This document shows positions 37,857-46,123 of a DNA stretch of 64,000 nucleotides, one piece after another. The position numbers and the translations under genes were made by a program. Position 1 is the first letter of the stretch, and the number at the start of each line of letters is the position of its first letter. Under the pieces are notes generated by a model. The model did no database searches, was not told where the DNA came from, and saw only the letters and a program-made list of their open reading frames with translations. Origin of the DNA: Hyphomicrobiales bacterium (GTDB lineage: Bacteria; Pseudomonadota; Alphaproteobacteria; Rhizobiales; Xanthobacteraceae); assembly GCA_013911975.1 (NCBI GenBank), contig JACESF010000018.1, forward strand, positions 453 to 64,452, read 5' to 3'.

Positions 37857-38768
37857 TCAGAGGGCGCGCAGGAAGGCGCCGATGCGCGCGAGGGAGAGGG
37901 CGGTCTCGGGCAAGTCCTCGAACACCTGGAAGTGGTGGCACATGCCCGCGAACACCTCGACCTCGACGCGGGTGCCCTGTGCGGACGCGTTGCGGGCCAG
38001 GAGGTGGCTGTCGTCCAGCGTGATGTCGTGGCCGCCCGCATGGACGAGAATGGGCGGCAGGCCGGACAGATCCCCCAGGACCGGCGAGGCGGCCGGGTCA
38101 GAGGGCGATCGCTCGCGCCCCAGATAGGTGCGCGCCATGGCCTTGAGCTGTTCCGGGCGGGAGAAGATGTCCTGTGTGGCCAAGGCGGTGTAGCTCTCGC
38201 CGCCCATGGTCAGGTCGAGCCAGGGCGAGAGCAGGACCAGCGCCTTCGGCAGCGCGAGGCCCGCATCGCGCGCCCGCATGGCGGTGCCGAGCGCGAGCGC
38301 CCCGCCGGCGGAATCCCCCGCGAGGGCGAGCGGTACGTGCCCAGCCTCCACCAGCGCCCGGTAGGCGGTGAAGGCATCGTCGGGCGCCGCCGGAAAGCGG
38401 TGCTCGGGCGCGAGACGGTAGTCGAACCCGATGACCCGCGTGCCGCTGGCCGCCGCAAGGCGCGCCATGAGCCCGGCATGGGACCGCACCGAGCCGATCT
38501 GGAAGCCGCCGCCATGGCAATAGAGCACGGTGCGCCCTGGCGTTTCGGTCGCGTCCGCACCCTCGAAGGCGCAAGCGGGCAGGCCCGCCAAGGTGAGGGG
38601 TGTCGAGCGGGTCCCGGGCGGTGCGTCGTCCAGGAAGGTCTCGAAGCTGGCGCGGATCTCGGCGAGCGTCATGCCCGCCGCCCAGGCGGAAGTGGCGGCC
38701 GCGATGCGGGCGCGCACCCGCGCGAAGGGGGTGTCGTCCTCGGCCAAGTGGGGCGGGGGCCGGGTCAT
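37857..38768 (-). CDS. Alpha/beta-hydrolase, hormone-sensitive-lipase-type esterase
   Basis: Oxyanion HGGGF and nucleophile elbow GDSAGG. Lies downstream of, and co-oriented with, the CoA ligase gene. Confidence 0.85.
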   Translation of the reverse strand: MTRPPPHLAEDDTPFARVRARIAAATSAWAAGMTLAEIRASFETFLDDAPPGTRSTPLTLAGLPACAFEGADATETPGRTVLYCHGGGFQIGSVRSHAGLMARLAAASGTRVIGFDYRLAPEHRFPAAPDDAFTAYRALVEAGHVPLALAGDSAGGALALGTAMRARDAGLALPKALVLLSPWLDLTMGGESYTALATQDIFSRPEQLKAMARTYLGRERSPSDPAASPVLGDLSGLPPILVHAGGHDITLDDSHLLARNASAQGTRVEVEVFAGMCHHFQVFEDLPETALSLARIGAFLRAL

Positions 38769-38809
38769 CGCCGGCCGCCGCCCGTCGTCGGAAGGAAGAA
38801 GGGCATGCC

Positions 38810-40135
38810 TCAGTGCGCCGCTTCAGGCCGATGCAGCACGCGCGTCGCCTTGGCCTCGTAGCGCGGCAGCGCGCCTTCCGTGTGGCATTCCACGTTCACG
38901 TTGATGCCGAGGCGCGCCTTGATCTCGCGGCGCACGTCGGCTGCCGCGTCGGCGCCGGGGCGCTGCGTGCTGCCGACGGATTCCACCGCCACCGTCATCT
39001 TGCCGATGGTGGTGGCCTCCTTGTCCACATAGATCTGCCACGCCTCCTTCGCGAGGCCGGGAATGCCGGCGATCACGTCCTCGATCTGCGAGGGGAAGAC
39101 GATCACGCCCTTGAACTTAATCATGTCGTCGGTGCGGCCGATGATCCGGCCGATCTTGCGCATGCCACGACGGCCGGACGGGCAGTCATAGGGGCGTGGG
39201 GACAGGCGCACGAGGTCTCGGGTGCGCCAGCGCACCACGGGCGAGGCTTCCTTGCGCAAGGTGGTGATGACGATCTCGCCCACCTCGCCCTCCGAGACCG
39301 GCTTCATGGTCTTGGGGTCCAGGATTTCGACGATGATGCTGTCCTCATTGAGGAGCTGCAGCTCGTCGTCCGCATGGGTGAAGGGCGTCGAAATGGCGAG
39401 GACGGGGCCGCCCGCCTCGGTGGTGCCGTAGATGTTCTGGCTCATGAAGCCGGCCGGCATCTCCGCTTCGAGCTGGGCGCGGAATTCCGCCGAGACCGAC
39501 TGGCCGCCGAGAATGGCCACCTTGAGCGTCCATTCGGTGCGCGGGTCGATGCCCTGGTTCTTGGCGGCCTGCACCAGCGTCATCAGCCACAGAGGCGACA
39601 TGGAGGCGACGTCATAGGCGTGGTCGCGCAGCCAGCGGGCGGCCAGCTCGCCGCGCCCGGGGCCGATGGGGAAGTTGGTGCAGCCCACGGCCGAGAAGCC
39701 GGCATCCAGCGCAGGGCCGCCGATCCACAGGCCGTAGCCGTAGCCCTGATAGGCGCGGTAGCCGGGCTGCACGCCGGCGGCGGTGAGCAGGCGGCCCATC
39801 TGGTAGGGCAGCAGGTCGTAATAGTCGCTCTTCGTCATGCCGAAGGTGACCGGCAGGCCGGTGGTGCCGGACGTGGCGACGAAGCGCTCCACCTTCTCCA
39901 TGGGCACGGTGAGGAAGGGGAAGGGATAGCGGTCGCGCAGCAGCGACTTGTCCATGAGGGGCGCGTTGGCGAGGCCGTCCTCGGCGGCGAGGTCCTCCGG
40001 CTTCATGCCGGCCTGCGCGAAATGATCCTTCCAGGCGTCGCACTGCGCCAGGCGGGCGCCGAGGCCCGCGAGGCCCTCGCGCTGGATCTTCAGAATTGCG
40101 TCGCGGTCGAGCGACTCCACCTCAGGATGCTGCAT
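38810..40135 (-). CDS. Aryl-acid CoA ligase, phenylacetate-CoA ligase (PaaK) family
   Basis: ATG at 40135 after GGGAGGGAGG. ~441 aa. ATSGTTGLP P-loop, YGTTE, ..RWRTRD and GRTDDMIKFKGV, with a short N-terminal domain typical of the PaaK-like subfamily. Confidence 0.85.
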   Translation of the reverse strand: MQHPEVESLDRDAILKIQREGLAGLGARLAQCDAWKDHFAQAGMKPEDLAAEDGLANAPLMDKSLLRDRYPFPFLTVPMEKVERFVATSGTTGLPVTFGMTKSDYYDLLPYQMGRLLTAAGVQPGYRAYQGYGYGLWIGGPALDAGFSAVGCTNFPIGPGRGELAARWLRDHAYDVASMSPLWLMTLVQAAKNQGIDPRTEWTLKVAILGGQSVSAEFRAQLEAEMPAGFMSQNIYGTTEAGGPVLAISTPFTHADDELQLLNEDSIIVEILDPKTMKPVSEGEVGEIVITTLRKEASPVVRWRTRDLVRLSPRPYDCPSGRRGMRKIGRIIGRTDDMIKFKGVIVFPSQIEDVIAGIPGLAKEAWQIYVDKEATTIGKMTVAVESVGSTQRPGADAAADVRREIKARLGINVNVECHTEGALPRYEAKATRVLHRPEAAH

Positions 40136-40199
40136 CTGCCTCCCTCCCCATCCGACCGTTGGACCCGGCGGCTCTTTTGGCCGCTCGTCTATGGGCGAA

Positions 40200-40229
40200 T
40201 TAATAGACCGAACGGATGGTCTATGTAAA
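40200..40229 (-). promoter_or_regulatory. Sigma70-like promoter of the ligase-esterase operon with operator in the spacer
   Basis: On the minus strand: TTTACA, then an 18-nt spacer containing the palindrome ATAGACCatccgttcGGTCTAT (plus-strand 40203-40224, core AGACCGAACG), then TATTAA. Confidence 0.55.
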
Positions 40230-40323
40230 CGCCGATTTTGATCTGCATCAATTCCAGGGCGTGCCGGGTGCCGTGCACCGTCCGAAAAATCGGTGGGGAC
40301 GCGCATGCGGAATGTCCCTGGGC

Positions 40324-40364
40324 TTGGCACCGGAGGGCTTCGCGACTATAGACCGAATGATCGG
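40324..40364 (+). promoter_or_regulatory. Sigma70-like promoter of the TetR gene with overlapping operator
   Basis: TTGGCA (40324-29), 17-nt spacer, TATAGA (40347-52). AGACCGAATGATCGG (40350-64) overlaps the -10. Confidence 0.55.
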
Positions 40365-40387
40365 AAAATTTTTGCAGGTATGACGCC

Positions 40388-41071
40388 GTGGCGAGAACGC
40401 GCTCAGCCGAATACGACAATATTCACGATACCATACTTGAGCGGGCCGCGTCGGTATTCGCGCGGCGTGGCTATGCCGCCACTTCCATCGGCGACATCGC
40501 GGAAGCGTGCGAATGCTCCAAGTCGCGCCTGTATCATTATTTCACCTCCAAGGAGGCGATCCTATCCGACATGCTGACGTCGCATGTGGAGAATCTCCTC
40601 ATGAAGTGCCGGCACACCCTCTATGGCTACCAGGACCCGGAGGAGCGCTTCCGCCAGCTCACCCGCCTGTTCCTGGAAGTCTATTCGGTCTCCCGTGACC
40701 AGCATGTGGCCCTGCTCACCTGCGCGGAATTCCTCGCCCCCGAAACCCGCAAGGTGCTGGTGGCCAAGCAGCGGGAGCTGATCGCCTATGTGCGCGACAT
40801 CCTGCTCCAGCTCCGCCCCGACCTCGCCAGGGATTCCACCATGGCCCATGTGGACACCATGCTGTTCTTCGGCATGATCAACTGGACCTACACTTGGTAC
40901 CACGCGGACGGCGCGGTGACGCCGGGCGAGGTGGCCGACCGCACCGTGGACCTGTTCGTGAACGGCTACGCCCATGTGGCCGGCGCAAAGCCCGCCGACG
41001 CCAATGGCGGCGAGGCTCGCCCGGCGGGCCGTCCGGCCGCCCGGCCCGAAGGCCGCGCCGCCAAGGAGTGA
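40388..41071 (+). CDS. TetR-family transcriptional repressor
   Basis: GTG start. HTH ILERAASVFARRGYAATSIGDIAEACECSKSRLYHYFTSKEAIL. Low-complexity Ala/Arg/Pro tail. Confidence 0.88.
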   Translation: MARTRSAEYDNIHDTILERAASVFARRGYAATSIGDIAEACECSKSRLYHYFTSKEAILSDMLTSHVENLLMKCRHTLYGYQDPEERFRQLTRLFLEVYSVSRDQHVALLTCAEFLAPETRKVLVAKQRELIAYVRDILLQLRPDLARDSTMAHVDTMLFFGMINWTYTWYHADGAVTPGEVADRTVDLFVNGYAHVAGAKPADANGGEARPAGRPAARPEGRAAKE

Positions 41072-41077
41072 GGGGCC

Positions 41078-42298
41078 TCAGGCCGCCGGGCGCCGCATGC
41101 GCGCCACGGGGTCGAAGCCCTCTCGCGACGCCTCGTCGAGGGAAACGGCGATGCCGCCCTCCAGCATCTTCTTCGCCGCCATGTAGGTCCGGGCGTCGTT
41201 GATGGCGTCCACGGCGATCATCCGCCCGTCTCGGAAATACCAGAAGGATTGGCCCCGCTCCGAGGGGCGGCGGAGCACCGCGTCATAGCCCCGGTTGAGG
41301 CCGACGATCTGGAGCTTGGCATCATACTGGTCGGACCAGAACCACGGCACCGGCGCATAGGCGCGGGGCCGGCCCAGCATGTCGTCAGCGGCGCATTCCG
41401 CCTGGTCCACCGCATTCTGCACGCTCTCCAGCCGCGTGGGGAGGCCGTCCAGCGGGAAGGCCGCGCAATCGCCTGCCGCCCAGATGCCCGCCGCCGAGGT
41501 GCGGCCGTGCCGATCCACGAGGATGCCGTTGTCGCAGGCGATCCCGGCGGCGCGGGCGAGTTCGTCGCGCGGCAGCACGCCGATGCCCACGAGCACAGCG
41601 TCCACCTCGATGCGCGTGCCGTCGTCCAGCCGCACGGCCGCCACGGCGCCGTCGCGTGCCTCCACCTCGGCGACGCCGCGCCCCTCCAGGATGCGCACCC
41701 CGTGCCCGGCATGCAGCGCGCGGATGGCGTCCGAAGTCTGCGCGCAGGCCACGCGCTCCAGGATGCGGGGGCCCCGCTCCACCACCGTGACGGTAAGGCT
41801 CGCCCTGGCCGCCACCGCCGCCGTCTCCAGGCCCACATAGCCGCCGCCCAGCACCAGGAGGCGCCGGCCGGGGCGGATCTCGCCTGCCAGCCGGTCCACG
41901 TCCGCGAGGCTGCGCAGTTCGAATACGCCCCGCAGCCCGGTGAATACAGGCGGCAGCGGACGCGGTCGCGTGCCGGTGGCGAGCGCCAGCTTGGTCCAGC
42001 CCACCGTGCACCCGTCCACCTGGAGCGTGCGGGCGTCGGGGTCGATGGAGGTGACCGCCGTCCCCGTTACCAGTTCCACGCCCAGGTCGGCCCAGAATTC
42101 CCGCGGCCGGAGATAAAGCCGATCAACCGTCCATTCCCCTTTTAGGTAGGCCTTGGAGAGGGGCGGGCGCTGGTAGGGCGGGTGCGGCTCGTCGCCATAA
42201 AGCGTCAGCACGCCGGAATAACCGCCATCGCGCAAGTGTATGGCGAGGGAGGCGGCGGCCTGTCCGGCGCCGACGATGACGATGTGCTCCTGGCTCAT
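41078..42298 (-). CDS. FAD/NAD(P)H ferredoxin reductase (putidaredoxin-reductase type)
   Basis: VIVGAGQAA, YQRPPLSKAYL, second dinucleotide fold LLVLGGGYVGLETA, and AAGDCA. Confidence 0.9.
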   Translation of the reverse strand: MSQEHIVIVGAGQAAASLAIHLRDGGYSGVLTLYGDEPHPPYQRPPLSKAYLKGEWTVDRLYLRPREFWADLGVELVTGTAVTSIDPDARTLQVDGCTVGWTKLALATGTRPRPLPPVFTGLRGVFELRSLADVDRLAGEIRPGRRLLVLGGGYVGLETAAVAARASLTVTVVERGPRILERVACAQTSDAIRALHAGHGVRILEGRGVAEVEARDGAVAAVRLDDGTRIEVDAVLVGIGVLPRDELARAAGIACDNGILVDRHGRTSAAGIWAAGDCAAFPLDGLPTRLESVQNAVDQAECAADDMLGRPRAYAPVPWFWSDQYDAKLQIVGLNRGYDAVLRRPSERGQSFWYFRDGRMIAVDAINDARTYMAAKKMLEGGIAVSLDEASREGFDPVARMRRPAA

Positions 42299-42316
42299 GC
42301 CGCCTCTCTCCCGTTA

Positions 42317-42344
42317 TTTACAGATCGAACGTTCTGGTTATTAT
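42317..42344 (+). promoter_or_regulatory. Sigma70-like promoter of the HMGCS-DUF35/thiolase operon with operator in the spacer
   Basis: TTTACA (42317-22), 16-nt spacer, TATTAT (42339-44). AGATCGAACGTTCT (42322-35) fills the spacer. Same layout as the ligase promoter. Confidence 0.6.
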
Positions 42345-42415
42345 AGCGCACAAATGGCGCTGGCAATCGGCTTTTCCGCCGACCCGCCGCACGCAGAACA
42401 AGGCGAGGAAACAGG

Positions 42416-43861
42416 GTGACGGGCATCACAGCGATCGCAATCCACCTGCCGCGCCTGCGCCTTCAGCGCGCCAGCATGGCCGCCGCCATGGACTGGCTGA
42501 CGCCCCGGTCCGAGGCGCGCGGCGCGCGCAGCCTCGCCTTCTGGGACGAGGACCCCGTGACCATGGGGGTGGCCGCCGCCCGGGACTGCCTCGCGCAGGT
42601 GCCGGACGCCCGCGCCGCCGTGCGCCGCCTCGCCTTTGCCACCACAACCCCGGTCTTCGCCGAGCCGCAGCAGGCGAGCCTCCTCCATGCCGCGCTGCGC
42701 CTGCCCGAGCGGACGCTGGCGCAGGACACGGCCGGCACGCCGCGCTGCGGGCTTCTCGCCGTGCAGGCGGCCCTGGAAGGGGCGGGCCCGGCCCTGGTGG
42801 TTGCCGCCGACATGCCGGTGAGCACGCCGGGCTCGCTGGCGGAATCCCGCCACGGCGACGGCGCGGCCGCCCTTCTGGTGGGTGGCGGACCGGCGCGTCT
42901 GGCCTATCGCGGCGGCGCCAGCCTCTCCGCCCCCTTCATCGAGCGCTACCGCGCCGCCGACCGCCCCCTCGCCACCGATTGGGAGGAGCGCTGGGTGCGG
43001 GAGGAAGGGGTTCTCGACTTCGTGCCCCGCGCCATCGCCGAAGCCCTTGCCACGGCGGGCCTCGGGCCGGGCGAGGTGCAGCATCTGGTCCTGCCCTGCG
43101 TCATTCCCGGCGCGGCCAAGGCCGTGGCGCAGGCGTTGGGCCTCGCGCACGTCCGCCTCGCGTCGGGCCTCGAAGCCGAATGCGGCGATACCGGTGCCGC
43201 CCATGCCCTGGTGATGCTGGCCCGGACCATGGAGGCCATGCGGCCTGGGGAGCGCGTCGTGGTGGCGCAGTTCGGCCAGGGCGCGACCGCCCTGGTCCTG
43301 GAGGCGACCGCCGCCATTTCCGCGCATCCCCCCGGCGCTTCTGCGGCGCTCGCGGCGGGCATTCCGGAGACCAATTATTTGAAGCTCCCCGTCTTCCGGG
43401 GTCTGCTGCCCTGGGAGCGCGGCCTGCGCGGCCGCCTGCCGGTGAACGAGGCGCTGACCACGGCCTACCGCAATTCCGAGGCGCTGCTGGGCTTCGTGGG
43501 CGGGCGGAGCCCGCAGACCGGGCAGGTGCAGTTCCCGCCCTCCCGCCTCGCCGTGGCCGAAGCGGGGCATTTCGATGCGCCCCAGGAGCCCTGGCCCCTG
43601 GCGGACCTCGGCGGCACGGTGGCCACCGCCACCGCCGACCGGCTCGCCTTCTCGCGCAGCCCGCCCAATTGCTACGGCCTCGTGGACATTCCCGGCGGCG
43701 CGCGCCTGATGATGGACTTCACGGACCCCGACGCGGTGCGCCTCGCGCCCGGCGATGCGGTGCGCTTCGTCTTCCGCATCAAGGACATGGACGAGCGCAC
43801 CGGTTACCGGCGCTATTTCTGGAAGGCAGTCGCGGCATCCGCGCTGCCGGCCGCGGCTTGA
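42416..43861 (+). CDS. Fusion protein: HMG-CoA-synthase/KAS-III-like thiolase-fold domain + C-terminal DUF35 OB-fold domain
   Basis: GTG start. The N-terminal ~330 aa has an HMGCS-like layout (FATTTPVFAEPQQAS, GTPRCGLLAVQAAL, QHLVLPCV, GDTGAA). The C-terminal ~130 aa (GGRSPQTGQVQFPPSRL...GTVATAT...GLVDIPGGARLMMDFTD...GDAVRFVFR) matches DUF35, but all four zinc-ribbon Cys positions are replaced. Confidence 0.7.
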   Translation: MTGITAIAIHLPRLRLQRASMAAAMDWLTPRSEARGARSLAFWDEDPVTMGVAAARDCLAQVPDARAAVRRLAFATTTPVFAEPQQASLLHAALRLPERTLAQDTAGTPRCGLLAVQAALEGAGPALVVAADMPVSTPGSLAESRHGDGAAALLVGGGPARLAYRGGASLSAPFIERYRAADRPLATDWEERWVREEGVLDFVPRAIAEALATAGLGPGEVQHLVLPCVIPGAAKAVAQALGLAHVRLASGLEAECGDTGAAHALVMLARTMEAMRPGERVVVAQFGQGATALVLEATAAISAHPPGASAALAAGIPETNYLKLPVFRGLLPWERGLRGRLPVNEALTTAYRNSEALLGFVGGRSPQTGQVQFPPSRLAVAEAGHFDAPQEPWPLADLGGTVATATADRLAFSRSPPNCYGLVDIPGGARLMMDFTDPDAVRLAPGDAVRFVFRIKDMDERTGYRRYFWKAVAASALPAAA

Positions 43862-43878
43862 ACGAAAGGCGACGCGCG

Positions 43879-45072
43879 ATGGCCAGGGGAATCAAGGACA
43901 GGGTCGCCATTCTCGCCATGGGCTGCTCGCGTTTCGGCGAGCGGTGGGACGTGGGCCAGGAAGAGCTGATGGCCGAGGCCTATCTGGAGGCCCTGCGCCA
44001 TGCGGGCATCGCCCCGGCCCAGATCGAGGCCGCGTGGTACTCGTCCCATTACGACGATATCGGCGCGGGCAAGGCGGGCACGCCCATGGCCCAGGCGTTG
44101 CGCCTGCCCGCCATCGGCGTCACCCGGGTGGAGAATTTCTGCGCGGGCGGCACCGAGGCGTTCCGGGGTGCGGTCTATGCGGTGGCCTCGGGCGCGGTGG
44201 ACATCGCGCTCGCCATGGGGGTGGAGAAGCTCAAGGACACGGGGTTCGCGGGCCTTCCGCCCGCCTCGCGCGGCACGCTGGCGCCCATGTACCTGCCCAC
44301 CCACACCAATCCGGGCAATTTCGCCCAACTCGCCCGCGCCTACGGCGCGCGGCACAACATCTCCTACGACGACCTGAAGCGGGCCATGGGGCACACCTCC
44401 ATGAAGAGCCACGCCAATGCGCTGAACAACCCCAATGCCCATCTGCGCAAGGCCATCACCGTGGAGCAGGCGGTCAACGCGCCCATGGTGGCCGACCCGC
44501 TCGGCCTGTTCGACTGCTGCCCGGTCTCGGACGGCGCCGCCTGCGCCATCGTCACCACGCCGGAGATCGCCCGCAGCCTCGGCAAGGCGCCGGTGCTGGT
44601 GAAGGCGATCCAGCTCGTGGCGTCCAACGGCTGGGAGGTGCAGCAGAGCGGCTGGAACGGCGCCTATGTCCACACCGCCCGCATCGCCGCGCGCCGCGCC
44701 TACCAGGAGGCGGGGATTGCGGATCCGCGCGCCCAGGTGAGCTTCGCCGAGCTGCACGACTGCTTCTCCATCACCGAATTGGTGACGCTGGAGGATCTCG
44801 GCCTCGCCGACGAGGGCACCGCCTGGAAGCGCATGCTGGACGGAGCCTTCGATGCGGACGGCGCGCTGCCCTGCCAGGTGGATGGCGGGCTGAAATGCTT
44901 CGGCCATCCGGTCGGCGCCTCGGGCCTGCGCATGCTCTACGAATGCTGGCTGCAGCTTACCGGGCAGGCGGGCGCGCGCCAGCTCGCGAACCCCAGCCTC
45001 GCCCTCACCCACAATCTGGGCGGCGCGCCGGCCCAGAACGTGTGCTCCATCACCCTTGTCGGTGCCGCCTGA
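43879..45072 (+). CDS. SCP-x/nonspecific lipid-transfer-type thiolase
   Basis: VENFCAGGTEAF (nucleophile Cys), CCPVSDGAA, GHPVGASGLRM and NLGG. 397 aa. Confidence 0.88.
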   Translation: MARGIKDRVAILAMGCSRFGERWDVGQEELMAEAYLEALRHAGIAPAQIEAAWYSSHYDDIGAGKAGTPMAQALRLPAIGVTRVENFCAGGTEAFRGAVYAVASGAVDIALAMGVEKLKDTGFAGLPPASRGTLAPMYLPTHTNPGNFAQLARAYGARHNISYDDLKRAMGHTSMKSHANALNNPNAHLRKAITVEQAVNAPMVADPLGLFDCCPVSDGAACAIVTTPEIARSLGKAPVLVKAIQLVASNGWEVQQSGWNGAYVHTARIAARRAYQEAGIADPRAQVSFAELHDCFSITELVTLEDLGLADEGTAWKRMLDGAFDADGALPCQVDGGLKCFGHPVGASGLRMLYECWLQLTGQAGARQLANPSLALTHNLGGAPAQNVCSITLVGAA

Positions 45073-45098
45073 CCCGACCGTGGCGGCCCGCAGACTGG

Positions 45099-45137
45099 CC
45101 CCGCCGCCCGGCCCGTGCCGGCGGCGGGGCTTTTTTC
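45099..45137 (+). terminator. Rho-independent terminator
   Basis: ccccgccgcc(c)gg / ccggcggcgggg GC stem, followed by cTTTTTTc, 27 nt after the thiolase stop. Confidence 0.7.
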
Positions 45138-45547
45138 ATTTGGCGCCACGGCAACGCGATCCCGCGCGGAGAGCCGCCTCTCCGCCATGGGGTCGACGAC
45201 CATAAATATTAAATCCATAAAATTGATAGATTTTAGGTTGACCGGAGCTTGCATCGTCCGCATCATGCTGCGGAGAAGTGGTGTGGCCGAGGATGGCCCG
45301 CCGCCGAGATGTGCCGGGCGATCGAGGTTTTCGAAGCGACCGGCTTGAGCGAGGCGCAGATGACATCGATCAGTCCGCCCCGGCACCCGTGTACGAGGGG
45401 CAGTGTCGCGCAGCCCTGACGGCTGCCTGCTGCCCGTACGCGCTTCTCCCTGTCTTCCATCCGTTTTCGAGAAGGCGCCGGCCTTGCCGGCGAACGCCCT
45501 CTTATGTCCGTCGCATCCCCTTTTCCCGTCCGCGAAGGAGCCCGCCC

Positions 45548-46108
45548 ATGACCCTGCGCATCGTCGGCTTCTCCGGCAGCACGCGCCGCCCCTCGCGCAC
45601 CCGAAGCCTCGTGGAGGCGGTGGCCCAGGACCTGTCCGCCCGCCGCTCCATCGGCTTCGACCTGTACGACCTGGTGGATGCCGGCCCCGGCATCGGTGCC
45701 TTCAGCCGCGAGGCCCTGCCGCCGGAGGCGCGCGCCATCGTCGCCGCCATCGAGGAGGCGGACGCCCTCGTGGTGGGCTCGCCGGTCTACAAGGGCTCCT
45801 ATACGGGCCTGTTCAAGCATGTGATCGACTTCGTGGATCCGCTGGCGCTGGCCGGCAAGCCCGTGGTCGTCACCGCCACCGGCGGGGGGCATCGCCATGC
45901 TTTGGTGGTGGAGCATCAGCTTCGCCCGCTGTTCGGCTTCTTCGCCGCCCAGACCGCGCCCACCGCCATCTATGCGAGCGACCACGATTTCACCGACGGG
46001 CTGCTCGCCGATTCCGCGGTCCGCGCCCGCGTGGCGCAGGCCGCCGCCGAGCTGGACCGCCTGCTGCCGCGCTCAGCGCCGCGCCCCGCCACCATCAAAG
46101 TCGCCTGA
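45548..46108 (+). CDS. ssuE: NAD(P)H-dependent FMN reductase
   Basis: ATG at 45548 after GAAGGAG. FSGSTRRPSRTRSL, SPVYKGSYTGLFKH. First gene of the ssu operon. The upstream 90 codons of the track ORF are rejected. Confidence 0.8.
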   Translation: MTLRIVGFSGSTRRPSRTRSLVEAVAQDLSARRSIGFDLYDLVDAGPGIGAFSREALPPEARAIVAAIEEADALVVGSPVYKGSYTGLFKHVIDFVDPLALAGKPVVVTATGGGHRHALVVEHQLRPLFGFFAAQTAPTAIYASDHDFTDGLLADSAVRARVAQAAAELDRLLPRSAPRPATIKVA

Positions 46109-46123
46109 CGGCCGGAGTTTCCC

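Noticed and set aside
45278-45547. N-terminal extension of ssuE, and a possible IS or HTH remnant in the ssu leader
   Set aside because: The extension lacks an RBS and is Arg/Pro-rich. I tried all frames for transposase or HTH-like remnants and could not match any family, so no mobile-element call is made.
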